Source: Octopus vulgaris (lineage: Eukaryota). Taken from it: DNA of 64,000 nt. Under the pieces are notes generated by a model that did not search any database, was not told the origin of the DNA, and worked only from the letters and a program-made list of their open reading frames with translations. The position numbers and the translations under genes are program-made. Shown here piece by piece: positions 51,560-64,000 of the stretch. The stretch is from assembly GCA_951406725.2 (NCBI GenBank), contig OX597815.1, positions 4,278,001-4,342,000 of the forward strand. Reading direction: 5' to 3'. Within the stretch, counting starts at the first letter, position 1, and every line of letters begins with the position of its first letter.

Positions 51560-52072
51560 GCCACACACACACACACACACACACATTCACACACACACAC
51601 GTCCTCACATAAACACAAATCCTCACACACACATACTCATATACACACATGCATCCTCATACATACACGTCTCCACGAACACACCACACACATCCTCTCA
51701 CACATACACACACATCCTCACACATACACAAGCGCACATCACACACACACCTTCACACACACACACACACATCTTCACACACGTGCACATCACACACACA
51801 CACACGTGCACATCACACACACACATACACACACACACGTGCACATCACTCACACATCTTCACACACACACACACGTGCACATCACACACACTCCTTCAC
51901 ACACACACACACATACTCACACACACGTGCACATCACACACACATCTTCACACACACACACACACACACACACGTGCACATCACACACACACATACATCC
52001 TCTCACACACACACACATCCTCACACACACAGCTTCATACACACAGCTTCACACACACACACACACACACGT
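51560..52072. repeat. (CA)n-based minisatellite with recurring CACGTGCACATCAC motif
   Basis: Directly visible; accounts for His/Thr ORFs. Confidence 0.9.
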
Positions 52073-52389
52073 GCCCAGCATGCCAACTCCTTCTGCAAAG
52101 CTAAGAAAACGCATCCCCCCATTCCCAATATCGACCGCAGAAACTTGGCACAGATCAAAGGTGGACGTCTTTTAAATCCATTTCTACCTGAGGAATTAAA
52201 GCCGATATCCAAATATGGATGCAGAGGCAGCACAGAAGGCAAACGCACCGTCTTTCATCATCGACCGTTACATAATCAGAGCAGATGATGGGTGCGTGGA
52301 TTAGGGATGGGGGTTGTCGCTGGTTGTTAAGGACAACGATTTGTATTCCAGTATCTCTTTGGATTGAGTTTGTGTAAGTATATGATATG

Positions 52390-52791
52390 CGTCACCTGAC
52401 TGGCTCCCATGCCGGTGGCACAGAAAAAGCACCCTTCAAGACTGGTCGATGCCAGTGTCACCTGACTGGCTCCTGTGCCGGTGGCATGTAAAAAGCACCA
52501 TTCAAGAGTGGTGGATGCCAGTGCCACCTGACTGGCTCCCATGCCGGCAGCACAGAAAAGGCACTATTCGAGAGTGGTCAATGCCAATACTGTCTGACTG
52601 ACTTCCGTGCCAGTGGCACATAAAAAGCATCTACTACACTCTGAGTGGTTGGCGCTAGGAAGGGCATCCAGCTGTAGAAAACCATGCCAGATCAGATTGG
52701 AGCCTGGTGCAGCGTTCTGGCTCGCCAGTCCTCAGTCAAACTGTCCAACCCATGCCAGCATGGAAAGCTGACATTAAACCATGATGATGAT
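52390..52791 (+). mobile_element. Family C retroelement with 4 internal ~66-bp units
   Basis: CCTGACTGGC at 52395 and 52461 gives the 66-bp period. Confidence 0.85.
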
Positions 52792-53124
52792 GTGTGTTGT
52801 GTCTTTCTTTTATCTTTTCTTTCATTCATTTGACTGTGGCCATGCTGGGGCATCACCTTGAATTATTTTTAGTCAAACAAGTCAAGCCCAGTACTTGTCT
52901 CCCTCCGACTCAGGCAAGCATGTTAAAATGATGATGAATCAGGTATTCTGATTTTGACACAAGGCCAGCACATTTGAGGGCGGCAACTTGTTAGTCTATA
53001 ACATTCACTCCAATCTTTGACTGGTGATTTACTTTATTGATCCTGAAAGGGATAAAGGGTCAGGTTGACCTCAATGGAACTTGCACTTAGGAAATAAAGG
53101 GCTGTAACAAATACCAATGGATGA

Positions 53125-53368
53125 GATGATGATGATGATGATAATATTCATCTGTCATTGTCGAAGATGACCAAGGACAGATGTAAGAAGACAACAAGTT
53201 ATTGGGGTGTCTGGCGCTGACCTATTAGTCAGATGTATGCTTAGAAGGGCCTGTTGCATATCAGGCACTGATGGGCCGCTGGGACCGAAGGCTCTGGACT
53301 GGCACAGTTTGTATTTTCTTTGTGCAATCCTCTTCTGTTTGGTGGCACCAACAGAGGTGCGACCGCTT
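53125..53368 (-). pseudogene. RTE-type LINE 3' end remnant
   Basis: Minus strand gives HQCLICNRPF*AYI*LIGQ (C..C.R.F.A.IGL.SH zinc-finger-like C-terminus), then GTCATCTTCGA and an (ATC)n tail. Confidence 0.55.
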
Positions 53369-54284
53369 ACATCATCATCATCATCATCATCATCGTTTAA
53401 CGTCCATTCTCCATGCTAGCATGGGTTGGATGGTTCGTCTGGGGTCTGGCAAGCCAGGAGACTGCATCAGACTCCAATCTTGATCTGGCAGTGTTTCTAC
53501 AGCTGGATGCCCTTCCTAACGCCAACCACTCTACGAGTGTAGTGGGTGGTTTTTACGTGCCACCGGCACAGGGGCCAGAGGAGGGTGGCAAACGGCCACG
53601 ATCAGTTGGTGCTTTTAACGTGCCACCGACACGGATGCCAGTGAGGCAGCGAATAATAATAATAATGATAATAATATCAACAACAGTGGTATTTTCTCAC
53701 ATAGAAGGCCAACCATTTGGGGAAGGAATCAGCCTATTAAATGAACTTCAAAGGATTTCAATTGTACTTTATTTTAACAACCCCAGAAGAATGGAAGATG
53801 AAGTCGACAGCATCAGGATTTGAACTCAGAATGCAAAGCATTCTGCCTGCTTCTCCAACATGATTCTGCCAAACTAATAACAAAAACTATGCTGCTGCTG
53901 CTGCTGATGGACTCTCTCCCTCACCCCTCTCTCTCCTCCCTCCCTAACGCCCACTCCACCCTCATCATTCCATGTTCTTACTGTTTCTAACCCAATTCTT
54001 TCCAGTCTAAACAAGGTCATTCATGCTTCATTGACTTTACCAAGTCTGCTATTATTAACAGCTGTTAGTTGTCTGATTATACACCCACATAGCCCACACG
54101 TGTATGTATGTATGTGTATATATATATATATATATACGTGTGTGTATATATTTTAGTTTATACACAGCTACACCCAACAATGCTTTTTATTACCCTCTCA
54201 ATTTTCCATAAGGCTAAAATTTTGTTATCTGCTATGTCCTTCATCAAGTCTTCTGTAATGATAATAATTCCTGTTGTATACTCT

Positions 54285-54392
54285 TTGAACTGAGGAGAAC
54301 AGCGATATGTAATTAATTTAATTTAATTATTTTTAATTATTCTACCATGTTATTTACATGTTGATATCACTGTTTGAAACGATCGTATGCCT
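54285..54392 (+). ncRNA. Type I hammerhead motif with extended helix II
   Basis: CTGAGGA GAACAGCGATAT..ATATCACTGTTT GAAA CGATCG TA; core intact, helix I poor. Confidence 0.65.
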
Positions 54393-54617
54393 GTATTAAA
54401 ATTCTTTCAAATTTTAACATCTTCTCTTCTCCATTTTTTAACATATTTGTTGAGTTTCTAGGGGATATTTTCCCTAAATTCTCATAATACACCTTATATG
54501 TGTGTATATATATATATTTATAAGAGATAATGGTGTCATTGAGACCCAAAGGTGTCAGGTAATGCTGAATAAGTGCTATAGACAGACCAACTATGACTTA
54601 ATTTCTCCTCTCACACC

Positions 54618-54669
54618 GTCTACGATGAAGGGATATAATTAATAAATATTCTAGAAACAGCTGTAGGAC
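54618..54669 (+). ncRNA. Degenerate or variant type I hammerhead motif
   Basis: GTCT ACGATGA AGGGATAT..ATATTCTA GAAA CAGCTG TA GGAC; helices present, core reads ACGAUGA. Confidence 0.55.
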
Positions 54670-54804
54670 CTATCTATAAATGCTCTAATATCTACACAGC
54701 CTTGGGTTTTTATTATCTTATTATGCAAAAAATTCTTGTGTGTGTGTGTGTGGGGCTGATTGCTAGCAAGGTATTGTGTCAGTATATACATAGGTAGATG
54801 GAAG

Positions 54805-55218
54805 CAGGGTGGCTTGTTTAAGAAGTTTGCCTTCCAGCCATGTGGTTCCAAGTTCTGTTTAACTGTGCAGAACCTTGGATGTCTTATACTATTGTCTTAG
54901 GCCAACCAAAGTCTTGTGAGTGGGTTTGAGATGGAAACTGAAAGAAGCCTGTATATCATCATCATTGTGTATGTTCTTGTGTCTTGTTGTCCTGTCATTG
55001 CGTGATAGTTGTAAATGAGCTTCACTGTTATACCAGCAGTGTCAATCAATTCTAATAATTCGTCGAGGCACAGGTAAGTATTACCTTGCTGAGAAACCGG
55101 TAAAGGTTGGTGATAGGAAGCGCATTTGGTCATAGAAGATCTGTCACAGCAAATTCCATCCGACCCATGCTAGCATGGAAAAGTGGACGTTAAAACGATG
55201 ATGATGATGATGATGATG
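54805..55218 (+). mobile_element. Family E: family A head joined to a C-like (GAT)n tail
   Basis: ..GGAAACTGAAAGAAGCC then TATTACCTTGCT..GACCCATGCTAGCATGGAAAAGTGGACGTTAAAACGATG; tails also at ~545, ~25450, ~45830. Confidence 0.7.
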
Positions 55219-55349
55219 TTGAACCTGTTGTTTCACTCCAGCATCAATGCTGGAATCTAATGTCCTGCTACATGGAGACAATAATTCTGTCAAAACCATA
55301 TTTACCGTTTATGGAATTCCAAATAGCATGGGTTTTGCATTTGCTTTCT

Positions 55350-56043
55350 TTCCTAAATTGTTTTCAACTTTTTATTTCTTTTATTTCCATCTGTTTTTTT
55401 TGATTTTTTCCCCCCTTTTTTCTTTAAACATTTTCTCCTCTTCCATTTCTGCGTTCTCTGCTGATATATTTTCTCATTCCACATTCAACCATTTTCTTCA
55501 CTAATATCTCTTTTAATTCACACATTTTCTCCATATTCTTCATTCACTTCTAAAGGTTTGTTTTTGTTCATTTTATCATCCCCCCCCTTTTTTTTACTCC
55601 ATTCTTAATCTTTCCACTCCTCTCTTTCCCCCACACCTCCCATTCTCCTTCCTTCTGCCTGAATCTTCCATTTCTTTTCTCTCTACTTTCCCTTTTCTTA
55701 TTCTTTCTTTCTTTGTTTCTCTGTCTTCTTCATTTTCTTCTCCTTTCTCTCTCTTTCTTTGTCTTTTTCATTCACTTTCTCTTTCACTCTCCCCCTCAAT
55801 ATTCTTATTCTCTCTCTCTCGTCTTCTTTCTTTTCTCTTTCTCTCTTTCCCTCAATGTTTTACTCTTTCTCTCCTCTCTCTCTGTCTCTCTCTCATCTTC
55901 ATTCGCTTTTTCTTTCTCTCCTCTTCAATATCTTATTCACTCTCTCTCTCTTGTCTTTTGCTTTTTCTTCCTCTCTCTCCCTTTCAATGTCTTACTCTCT
56001 TTTGTCTTTCTCTTCTTTATTTCCCCCTCTCTCTTGTCCTTCG

Positions 56044-56089
<46 letters not shown>

Positions 56090-56210
56090 CCCTTCAATAT
56101 CTTATTCACTCTCTCTCTTGTCTTCTTTCCTCCTATCTCTCACTCTTTCTCTCTCTCTCTCTCTTTCTATATATATCTATATATCTATATCTATCTATAT
56201 CTATCTCCCA
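55350..56210. repeat. Polypyrimidine tract with internal duplications
   Basis: CTTCAATATCTTATTCACTCTCTCTC recurs at ~55923 and ~56092. Confidence 0.85.
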
Positions 56211-56835
56211 AATGCTTCTCGGTTTCTCTCCTCACCAACAAACACCTGTCGGATTACCAAGAAGGAATATGGAGATTTACAAGAAAGACTCACCCTGTCT
56301 CTTCATAATTCCTCACTGACTCACTCACATGTTTCCAGTTGCACAGATATCTCACTTAATATTCACCAAATTCATTCTACATCACAGCACAAACATTGCT
56401 GGAATTGATTGTTAACCCTTTACGTACCCTACGCCTGTTTCATGCCAAACCAAATCCACCTGGTTCATCATCATCATCGTTTAACATTCGTTTTCCATGC
56501 TGGCCTGGGTTGGATGGTTCTACTGGGGTCTGGGAAGCCAGGAGGCTGCACTAGGCCCTGATTCTATCATGCAAACCATCACATATTAAGGTGTTCATTT
56601 TCAGAACCCAAACGTGCCCCCCCCCCCACCTCATTATAATTATATACCTATTTATCATCATCAGCAGCAGCAGCAGCATTTAACGTCAGTTTTCCAATGC
56701 TGGCATGAGTTGGACAGTTTGACTGGGGACTGGCAAACCAGTAGGCTGCACCGGGCTCCGATCTGATCTGGTAATGTTTCTACAGTTGGATGCCCTTCCT
56801 AATGCCAACCACTCCGAGAGTGGTTTATTTATATT

Positions 56836-56867
<32 letters not shown>

Positions 56868-57439
56868 TATGTGTGTGTATGTATGTGTGTGTGTGTGTGT
56901 GTTTATATGTTTGTGTGTCTGTGTTTGTCCCCACAACATTGCTTGACAAACAATGCTGGTGTGTTTACATCCCTGTAACTTAGCGGTTCAACAAAAGAGA
57001 CCCAATAGAATATGTACTAGGCTTACAAAGAATGAGTCCTAGGGTCGATTTGTTCAACTAAAGGTGGTGCTCCAGCATGGCCGCAGTCAAATGACTGAAA
57101 CAGATAAAAGAATACAAGAATACATTTCTCTATTCAAGAAATTACTGGTACTTATATATGTAAAACACAATCTTTACACGTGTTTATATATTCTCAGAAT
57201 TGTTTAAAATAAATAAATAGACATAATATAATGTCTAACAGTTGATGCATCTTCTTGCCGTATAAATTAAGGGTAAAACCACTTCTTACCCTCGCCCATT
57301 TATTACGCTCAATAGTGTAATTGCCACGCAATAACCAACACTGGTGTATTAATAATTTGGTATTCTACCAGCAGTATATTGGATAGATACTATCCCTTAG
57401 TTGGATTCACAACCTCTAACTCTCTTTGAATTATATATA

Positions 57440-57837
57440 TCTCTCTCTATATATATAATGCTGAAATTGTCTGTGTATGGCAGGTTTGGTGGCCTTCAAC
57501 TGACACTATCTCCTCCGAGACCCTGTGGCGCAAATTGACCAAAATTGAGAGTATGATAGAAGAAGGCTTGCTCTTCCTTCTGTAGAAGATAAAATTCAAA
57601 TCGGACCATGTTAACACCAAAAATTATTTACATGAAAAAGGTGCTTTTTTTCTATGAAAATCCCTATTTTTTACGATTTTTTGTCTGCTGTGTCGCCAGT
57701 TTTCGGTGTATTTCAACCAGAAAAATGTTCACTTAAAGAGAATAACAAGCTACATAATATGCAAAATTTTTACTTTTCAAAAATTTCAATTCTAAACGGT
57801 CGAAACAAACCCAAGCAACGCCGGGCGATACTGCTAG
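57440..57837 (+). mobile_element. Non-autonomous Helitron (398 bp)
   Basis: A|TC...CCCAAGCAACGCCGGGCGATACTGCTAG|T; same family as 3380-3777. Confidence 0.88.
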
Positions 57838-58254
57838 TATATTTATATATATATATATATATATATGTATAAAACATAATGGACCTAGTGTTCTAATGTT
57901 TATCTGTTGTCTTCTCTTTTCCCCTGCTTCTTTACTCGTAAGAATTCACCCACCCACATCCCATGCGCGCACATGTGCTACATCCTCTTAACAATCGTAT
58001 ATTGCCCGTGTAGAAAGCAGTCTTTCAGCTCCTTTCATTACAAAACAAAGTTTATTTACTAACAAACTGTTCCTCACCTGGTTAATAACACCTCTCTGCT
58101 CTCAGCCTGACAAATATCCTCTCTGTTCGTTTGCCAGTTTTAAAGTTCATATCTAAAGATAAACCACTGCAAACATTGAACACACAATTCACCTCCATTC
58201 ATTTGTGAATCTATTTGTTGATTCAACAACTATTTTAGAGTTTATTCTTTTGTT

Positions 58255-58490
58255 ATTTCATCCACCATCTTTCTAACAATTTCAGGCACCTTTTTGAATT
58301 CCGTATGTCCAACACCCATGGACCTGCTTACAAAATCAAAAAACAACACAGCACCCCATGACTTTCAGGAACATTTTTTCACACTCAGAATGGCTGAAGC
58401 ATGGAATAAACTACCCACATCGGTTGTTAGCTGTTGGGACATTACATTCTTCAAAACATCCAGGCTTCCCGAAATTCACCAACAGTACAC
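58255..58490 (+). pseudogene. CR1-type LINE ORF2 3' fragment
   Basis: HFFTLRMAEAWNKLPTSVVSCWDITFFKTSRLPEIHQQY. Confidence 0.8.
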
Positions 58491-58580
58491 CCCATGCACC
58501 CCCACCAGTTTTTTAAATAACTTTTTCACTGTTTACTTTCTGTTTAATGGAGGCAAAGTGGCTGAGTTCCTTTCTAGTAT

Positions 58581-58950
58581 AGTTCTATATTTAAGAGATG
58601 AGGAATTATGTACATTATTTATATTTGACGGAGTGGTTGGCGTTAGGAGGGGATCTAGCTGTAGAAACACTGCCAGATCTGACTGGAGCCTGGTGCAGCC
58701 TTCTGGCTTCCCAGACCCCAGTTGAACCGTTCAACCCATGCTAGCATGGAAAGTGGACGTTAAACAATGATGATGATGAGATAATAATAATAATAATAAT
58801 AATAATAATATCAAAAAATAGCTTAGGAATGAGAACCCAGGTTTGAAATTTCCCCCAAATACCTGATGAAAACTGGTGGGGATATCAGCCGAAACATTGT
58901 GTTAACAACAAACAAGATGAGGGCAAATATCTGTCAAATGTAAATAGTGT
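58581..58950. mobile_element. HHR family 1 element, left arm and centre replaced by a family C 3' end
   Basis: Left extension at 58581, C fragment ~58630-58780, then (AAT)n and HHR (CTGATGA at 58863, GAAAC at 58891). Confidence 0.8.
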
Positions 58951-59632
58951 TCCTTTTGAGCGTTGGGCCTTGCAGAGACTAAAAGCTTTGTCATTATGTC
59001 AGGTTTGAGAAGAAAACCCCTCTAGCCAAGCAAAATTGCAGTCGTGCCAGATACTGGTGTCATGCAAATGACACTCATGCTAGTGGCATGTAAAAAGCAC
59101 CATACAAACATGGTCAATACCAGTGCCACCTGACTGGCTCCTGTGCCAGTGGTATGTAAAAGGCACCATTCGAATGTAGCCGATGCCAGTGCTGCCTGAC
59201 TGGCACCTGTGCTAGTGGCACGTAAAAGGCGCCATATGAGCGAGGCTGATGCCAGTGCCATCTGATTGGCTCCTGTGCTGCAGAAAGCTTGCCAGATCAG
59301 ATTGGAGCCTGGTACAGCCTCCTGGTTTGCCAGTCCTCAGTCAAACTGGCCAACCCATGCCAGCATGGAAAGCAGACGTTAAATGATGATGTATGTTTTT
59401 TTCCTTATATTTCTTTTACTTGTTTCAGTTATTTTTACTGCGGCCATGCTGGAGCACCACTTTTAGTTGAACAAACCGACCCCAGATCTTATTCTTTGTA
59501 AGCCTAGTACTTATTCTATTGGTCTCTTTTGCCAAACCGCTAAGTTATAGAGATGTAAACATGCCAACATTGGTTGTCAAGTAATAGTGGTGGGCATGAT
59601 GGAGGGACAAACAAAGACATACAAATACACAT

Positions 59633-59879
59633 CATTGCTATTATGCAAAAGTGTCGTAAGTCCAAAACGTTGCTTTTTCAGAAAACGAAAAGATAGTTTT
59701 ACCATTCCATAGCAAAACCGTTGTACTACACTTTGACCAGTTTTGATATCTTGGCACCCGAAACAGCTGGAGATACGATAGTTTGACCAAAAGAACCAGC
59801 TATTGCAAGCAAAAATAAATATTGCAGAAAATACATTTGGCCAAGTTTGGACATATGACAGTTTAATATAATAGCAATG
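59633..59879. mobile_element. MITE with ~35-bp imperfect TIRs nested in a family A SINE
   Basis: CATTGCTATTATGCAAAAGTGTCGTAAGTCCAAA ... TTTGGACATATGACAGTTTAATATAATAGCAATG. Confidence 0.75.
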
Positions 59880-59972
59880 ATATATATATATGTATGTATG
59901 CAACAGGCTTCTTTCAGTTTCCATCTATCAAATACACTCACAAGTCTATAATAGAAGACACTTGTAGCACAG

Positions 59973-60026
<54 letters not shown>

Positions 60027-60101
60027 CAGTAAAATTTAGATTCAGTTGAATATGAAACAGTCGTACTCTATTACCTCTGGATATCCTTGTTGCTTATTTT
60101 G

Positions 60102-60140
<39 letters not shown>

Positions 60141-60296
60141 TCATCATCATTTAACGTCCGTTTTCCATGCTAGCATGGGTTATATATACACACATATATA
60201 TATTTAAAGAATATATGTACAAAAAAAACAAAAGATGAAAATAGGTGTGTAAACAACAAAGAGATGTATTGGTTTAACACTCAGGAAGTGAGAAAG

Positions 60297-60334
60297 TCTT
60301 TTATGTTTCGAGCCTATGCTCTTCGACAGAAAGG
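60297..60334 (-). ncRNA. Minimal hammerhead motif, CUGUCGA variant (family 2b)
   Basis: Minus strand CCUUU CUGUCGA A GAGC auag GCUC GAAAC AUA AAAGA. Confidence 0.65.
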
Positions 60335-60849
60335 AGCACAGAAATAAACAGGGAGAGAAAATATATAAATATATACACACAGATGCAGAAGACACCAAAT
60401 CCGAGGCCCAGGTCTATAGTAGAAGACACTTGCTTTTGGTGCCACACAGTGGGACTGAACCTGGAACCATGGTTCTTACCACCCAGCCCCTCCTGCACCT
60501 ATGTCTGTATTTATACAGATAATCATATGGATGGATGGATGCTTTCATTTTTTTCTCTTCTTCATCTCTTTCCGTCTCCATATCTGTATCTGTGTACAGA
60601 CATTAGTGCTCAACCAATTATCCCCGTGTTTAGCCATCTCACTTTCTCCTCTTCATCTCTCTCGCCTCATCTCTCCACGACAATGGCAAACTTGAAGCAA
60701 TGGAACTAGACTACGTCGCTGCCACCTGCTGCATTTTGTAGCTCATTGCAGTCAAACGGAATTTGCAGCTGCATCAGTAGATGCATTAAGAAGCTATTTG
60801 TCAACTTCTTATATCTATAAACACCCAAACACACACCCAAACACACGCA

Positions 60850-60880
<31 letters not shown>

Positions 60881-60996
60881 TCATACATACACACAAACAC
60901 TCACAAACACTCACACACGCGTATGTAAGATTAATATGAATGGAAAAGATAAAATGTACAATTTAAAAAAATAGATATAAACCAGAATAATATATA

Positions 60997-61667
60997 TTCT
61001 TTTATTCCTTTACTTGTTTCAGTCATTTGACTGCGGCCTTGCTGGAGCACTGACTTTCGTCGAGCAAATCGTCCCCAGGACTTATTCTTTGTAAACCTAG
61101 TACTTATTCTATTGGTCTCTTTTGCCGAACCGCTAAGTTATGGGGATGTAAACACACCAGCATCAGATGTCGAATGATGTTAGGTGGGGAGGGGACGGGA
61201 CAAACACAGACACATACATATACATACACATACATATATACATATATATATATATGTCTTTCAAAATGTGACCTCGTGTGTACCGTTGGCGATTTTTTTT
61301 CCTTTTTTTCCTCTGTCTTCCCTTCTCTGGATCTTTCCTTCTCCTATGTTTCCAACAAAGAGCCCCGCTTGAAACGTTAAACCCTCATCCTTTCCTTCTT
61401 TCCTGAGCGTCCAATAAAACTATATTTGTTCCACGTCCTCGCGTTGTTGTGTTTTTTTGTGCTTTCTTGTTTGGATTAACTATATATATATATATATATA
61501 TACGACGGACTTCTTTCAGTTTCCGTCTACCAAATCCACTCATAAGACTTTGGTTGGCGCGAGGCTATAGTAGAAGACACTTGCCCAAGGTGCCATGCAG
61601 TGGGACGGAACCTGGAACCAATGTGGTTGGTAAACAAGTTACTTACCACACAGCCCCTCCTGCACCT
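60997..61667 (-). mobile_element. SINE family A interrupted in its internal (TA)n by an HHR family 2 element (61266-61480, +)
   Basis: SINE halves flank the insert, with TA runs on both sides. Confidence 0.85.
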
Positions 61668-62159
61668 ATGTCTGTATTTATACAGATAATCGTATGGATG
61701 GATGGATGGATGGATGGTTTCATTTTCCTTTCATGGTTGGCTCTTCCTCCTCCTCCTCCCCCTCCCTATATATCTACACACACACACACACATGCTGAGT
61801 GGTTGCTGAGGATGAGAAGGAAAATTATTTCCAAATCTCCATAAACTAATCCAAGAAGTGCAGATCAAAAATATTTTTTGTTGCTCTGTGGTGAGGAGCT
61901 TGCTTCCCAACCAAGTGGTTCCAGGTTCAGTCCCACTCCATGGCACTTTGGGCAAGTGTCTTCAACTACAGTCCCAGGATGAATAAAGCTTAGCGGGTAG
62001 ATTTGGTATATGGAAACCATGTGTGAGCATGTCACGTGTGTGTGCGTGCGTGTATATATATGTGTGTGTGCGCATGTATATGTGTGTTTGTGTGTGTACA
62101 TGTGTGTGTATACACATATATGTACATATGTGTATATATGTATAAATATATATGTACTT

Positions 62160-62625
62160 AAGTGTATTTGAAGAGATCCATTGAGTCAAGTACACCGACA
62201 TCAAAATCAATGGAAACTGCAGTTGTGATCCCTGAGCCGGTGGCATGTAAACAGCATCATCTGAAGGTGGCCGATGCCAGCGCCACCTAGATTGGCTTCC
62301 GTGCCGGTGGCACGTAAAAAGCGCTATCCGAATCGTGACTGATGCCAGTGCCGCCTCGACTGGCTTCTGTGCCGGTGGCATGTAAAATGCACCAATCCGA
62401 TCGTGGCTGTTGCCTGCCTTGCCTGGCACCTGTGCAGGTGGCACATAAAAAGTACCCACTACACTCATGGAGTGGTTGGCGTTAGGAAGAGCATCCAGCT
62501 GTAGAAACACTGCCAGATCAGACTGGGCCTGGTGCAGCTTCCTGGCTTCCCAGATCCCGGTCGAACTGTCCAACCCATGCTAGCATGGAGAACGGACGTT
62601 AAACGATGATGATGATGATGATGAT
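62160..62625 (+). mobile_element. Family C retroelement with 4 internal units
   Basis: Family body and (GAT)n tail; very similar to 34050-34325(-). Confidence 0.85.
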
Positions 62626-62668
62626 ATATATACACATATGTACATATATATGTACATATATGTGTATA

Positions 62669-62705
<37 letters not shown>

Positions 62706-63010
62706 ATATATATATATATATGTACTTGTGTTTGTCTGTATATAAATACAAACATATATATGTCATCATCATCATCATTGTTCGACCGTACATATATATG
62801 TACTTGTGTGTGTGTGCACACACACACATACATACATATTGAAGAATGGTTGTTTTTTGAATAAATTCTTGCATAAAAGATCATTATTGTAACACGGTGC
62901 ACTAACTTTTTCCTCAACCTGGTATATATGTACTTATGTGCATAAATATGGATTGTTGGCGATTTTTTTTTTCCTACGTCTTCCCTTTCTCATGGACTTT
63001 CCTCTGTCTC

Positions 63011-63050
63011 TTGCTTCTGAAGAAGAGCGTTTGCTCGAAACGTAAACCAA
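63011..63050 (+). ncRNA. Minimal type I hammerhead motif (divergent family 2 copy, core intact)
   Basis: TTGCTT CTGAAGA A GAGC gttt GCTC GAAAC GTA AACCAA. Confidence 0.7.
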
Positions 63051-63280
63051 CCTTTCCTTCCTTCCCTTAGCGTCTGCTAATATTTTACACATACTGTGTT
63101 CTTGCGTTGTTGTTTTTACTTGTTGTGTTTCTTCTTCGTATTTTTTAAATTAATTTATATATATATATATATATATATATAAATGTGTGTGTATGTGTAC
63201 ATGTGTTTGTGCCAGCATGGAAGGCAGACAAACGATGATGATGATGTGTGTGTGTGTGTGTACATATATATGTGTATCTA

Positions 63281-63315
<35 letters not shown>

Positions 63316-64000
63316 GTGTATCTATCTATGTATGTGTGTGTTTGCTGGATCAGGGATGATTTGATGCCAGACAACAAAAATAGCAGAGACACACAGACAT
63401 ACATACAGTAATACATCCATACATGTATACACACTCAGTGATACATAATACATGTACACACACACAACCAGGCACACACCCACCCACTGCCCCTACACCT
63501 CCCCCACCACACAAGCCAACCTCCGGCTCCAATGACAGTCAGATCACTTATTCCAATCTTCTTATTTACATATTTCCTCTTGTTGTGGTTGTTTTGTCAT
63601 AATTATTGACAAGCCAGTGCAGTGTCTGTCATCTTGTTTCATTCCAGTTCATTCCGGTTCGCTCCAGTAAAGCACATTAATAATTAATTTCATCTAAACT
63701 CTGAAATTACATTATCTTCTCCACAGATCGTAATGTCGTTGTCGTCGTTTTTAAATCCTCAACCGATTTTCTGCTGTGATGGCATTAACCTCTTTCTTCG
63801 GTTTCCTTTCTTCTTTTGCCACCTTTTACAATTCACCATTTATACTCCACTACTCCCCCACCACCACCACCACTATTTTAAAATGGTCAGGCCAGAATGG
63901 AGCAGGCTGGTGGCAGAAATGGGGCAGGGGGGTTATATTCCCCCCACCACCACCACTACCTGAGCTTTTGTCAAAGAAGCTTTTGTTACATTTCTCAAAG

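Noticed and set aside
51545-52288. His/Thr-rich ORFs
   Set aside because: Translations of a (CA)n-based minisatellite.
63720-63963. Exon after TTCTCCACAG and ORF 63733..63963
   Set aside because: Low-complexity translation with no recognisable homology or supported donor site.

Overview
Repeat-saturated, AT-rich, non-coding animal DNA. The SINE, MITE and microsatellite content looks like an octopus (cephalopod) gene desert or giant intron; this species call is my recognition, not a database result. I find no credible host protein-coding gene: nearly all ORFs in the track are translations of microsatellites or SINEs. The window holds (i) dozens of copies of several modular SINE-like families (labelled A, B, C, D, E here), (ii) two internally deleted mariner elements, piggyBac-type TTAA MITEs, other MITEs and three non-autonomous Helitrons, (iii) 3' remnants of CR1-, RTE- and R4/Dong-type LINEs, and (iv) more than a dozen hammerhead-ribozyme (HHR) motifs from about six unrelated short element families. 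The HHR elements resemble Penelope-like pseudo-LTRs or retrozymes and mostly sit in (TA)n tracts. The most striking element is a ~500-bp palindrome (26752-27283, with deleted copies at 2051-2317 and 58581-58950): two head-to-head tRNA-like Pol III heads, each followed by (AAT)n and a minimal type I hammerhead. It is a candidate tRNA-promoted, ribozyme-tailed, Penelope-mobilised SINE. All structures were read by eye; coordinates of degenerate copies are approximate.
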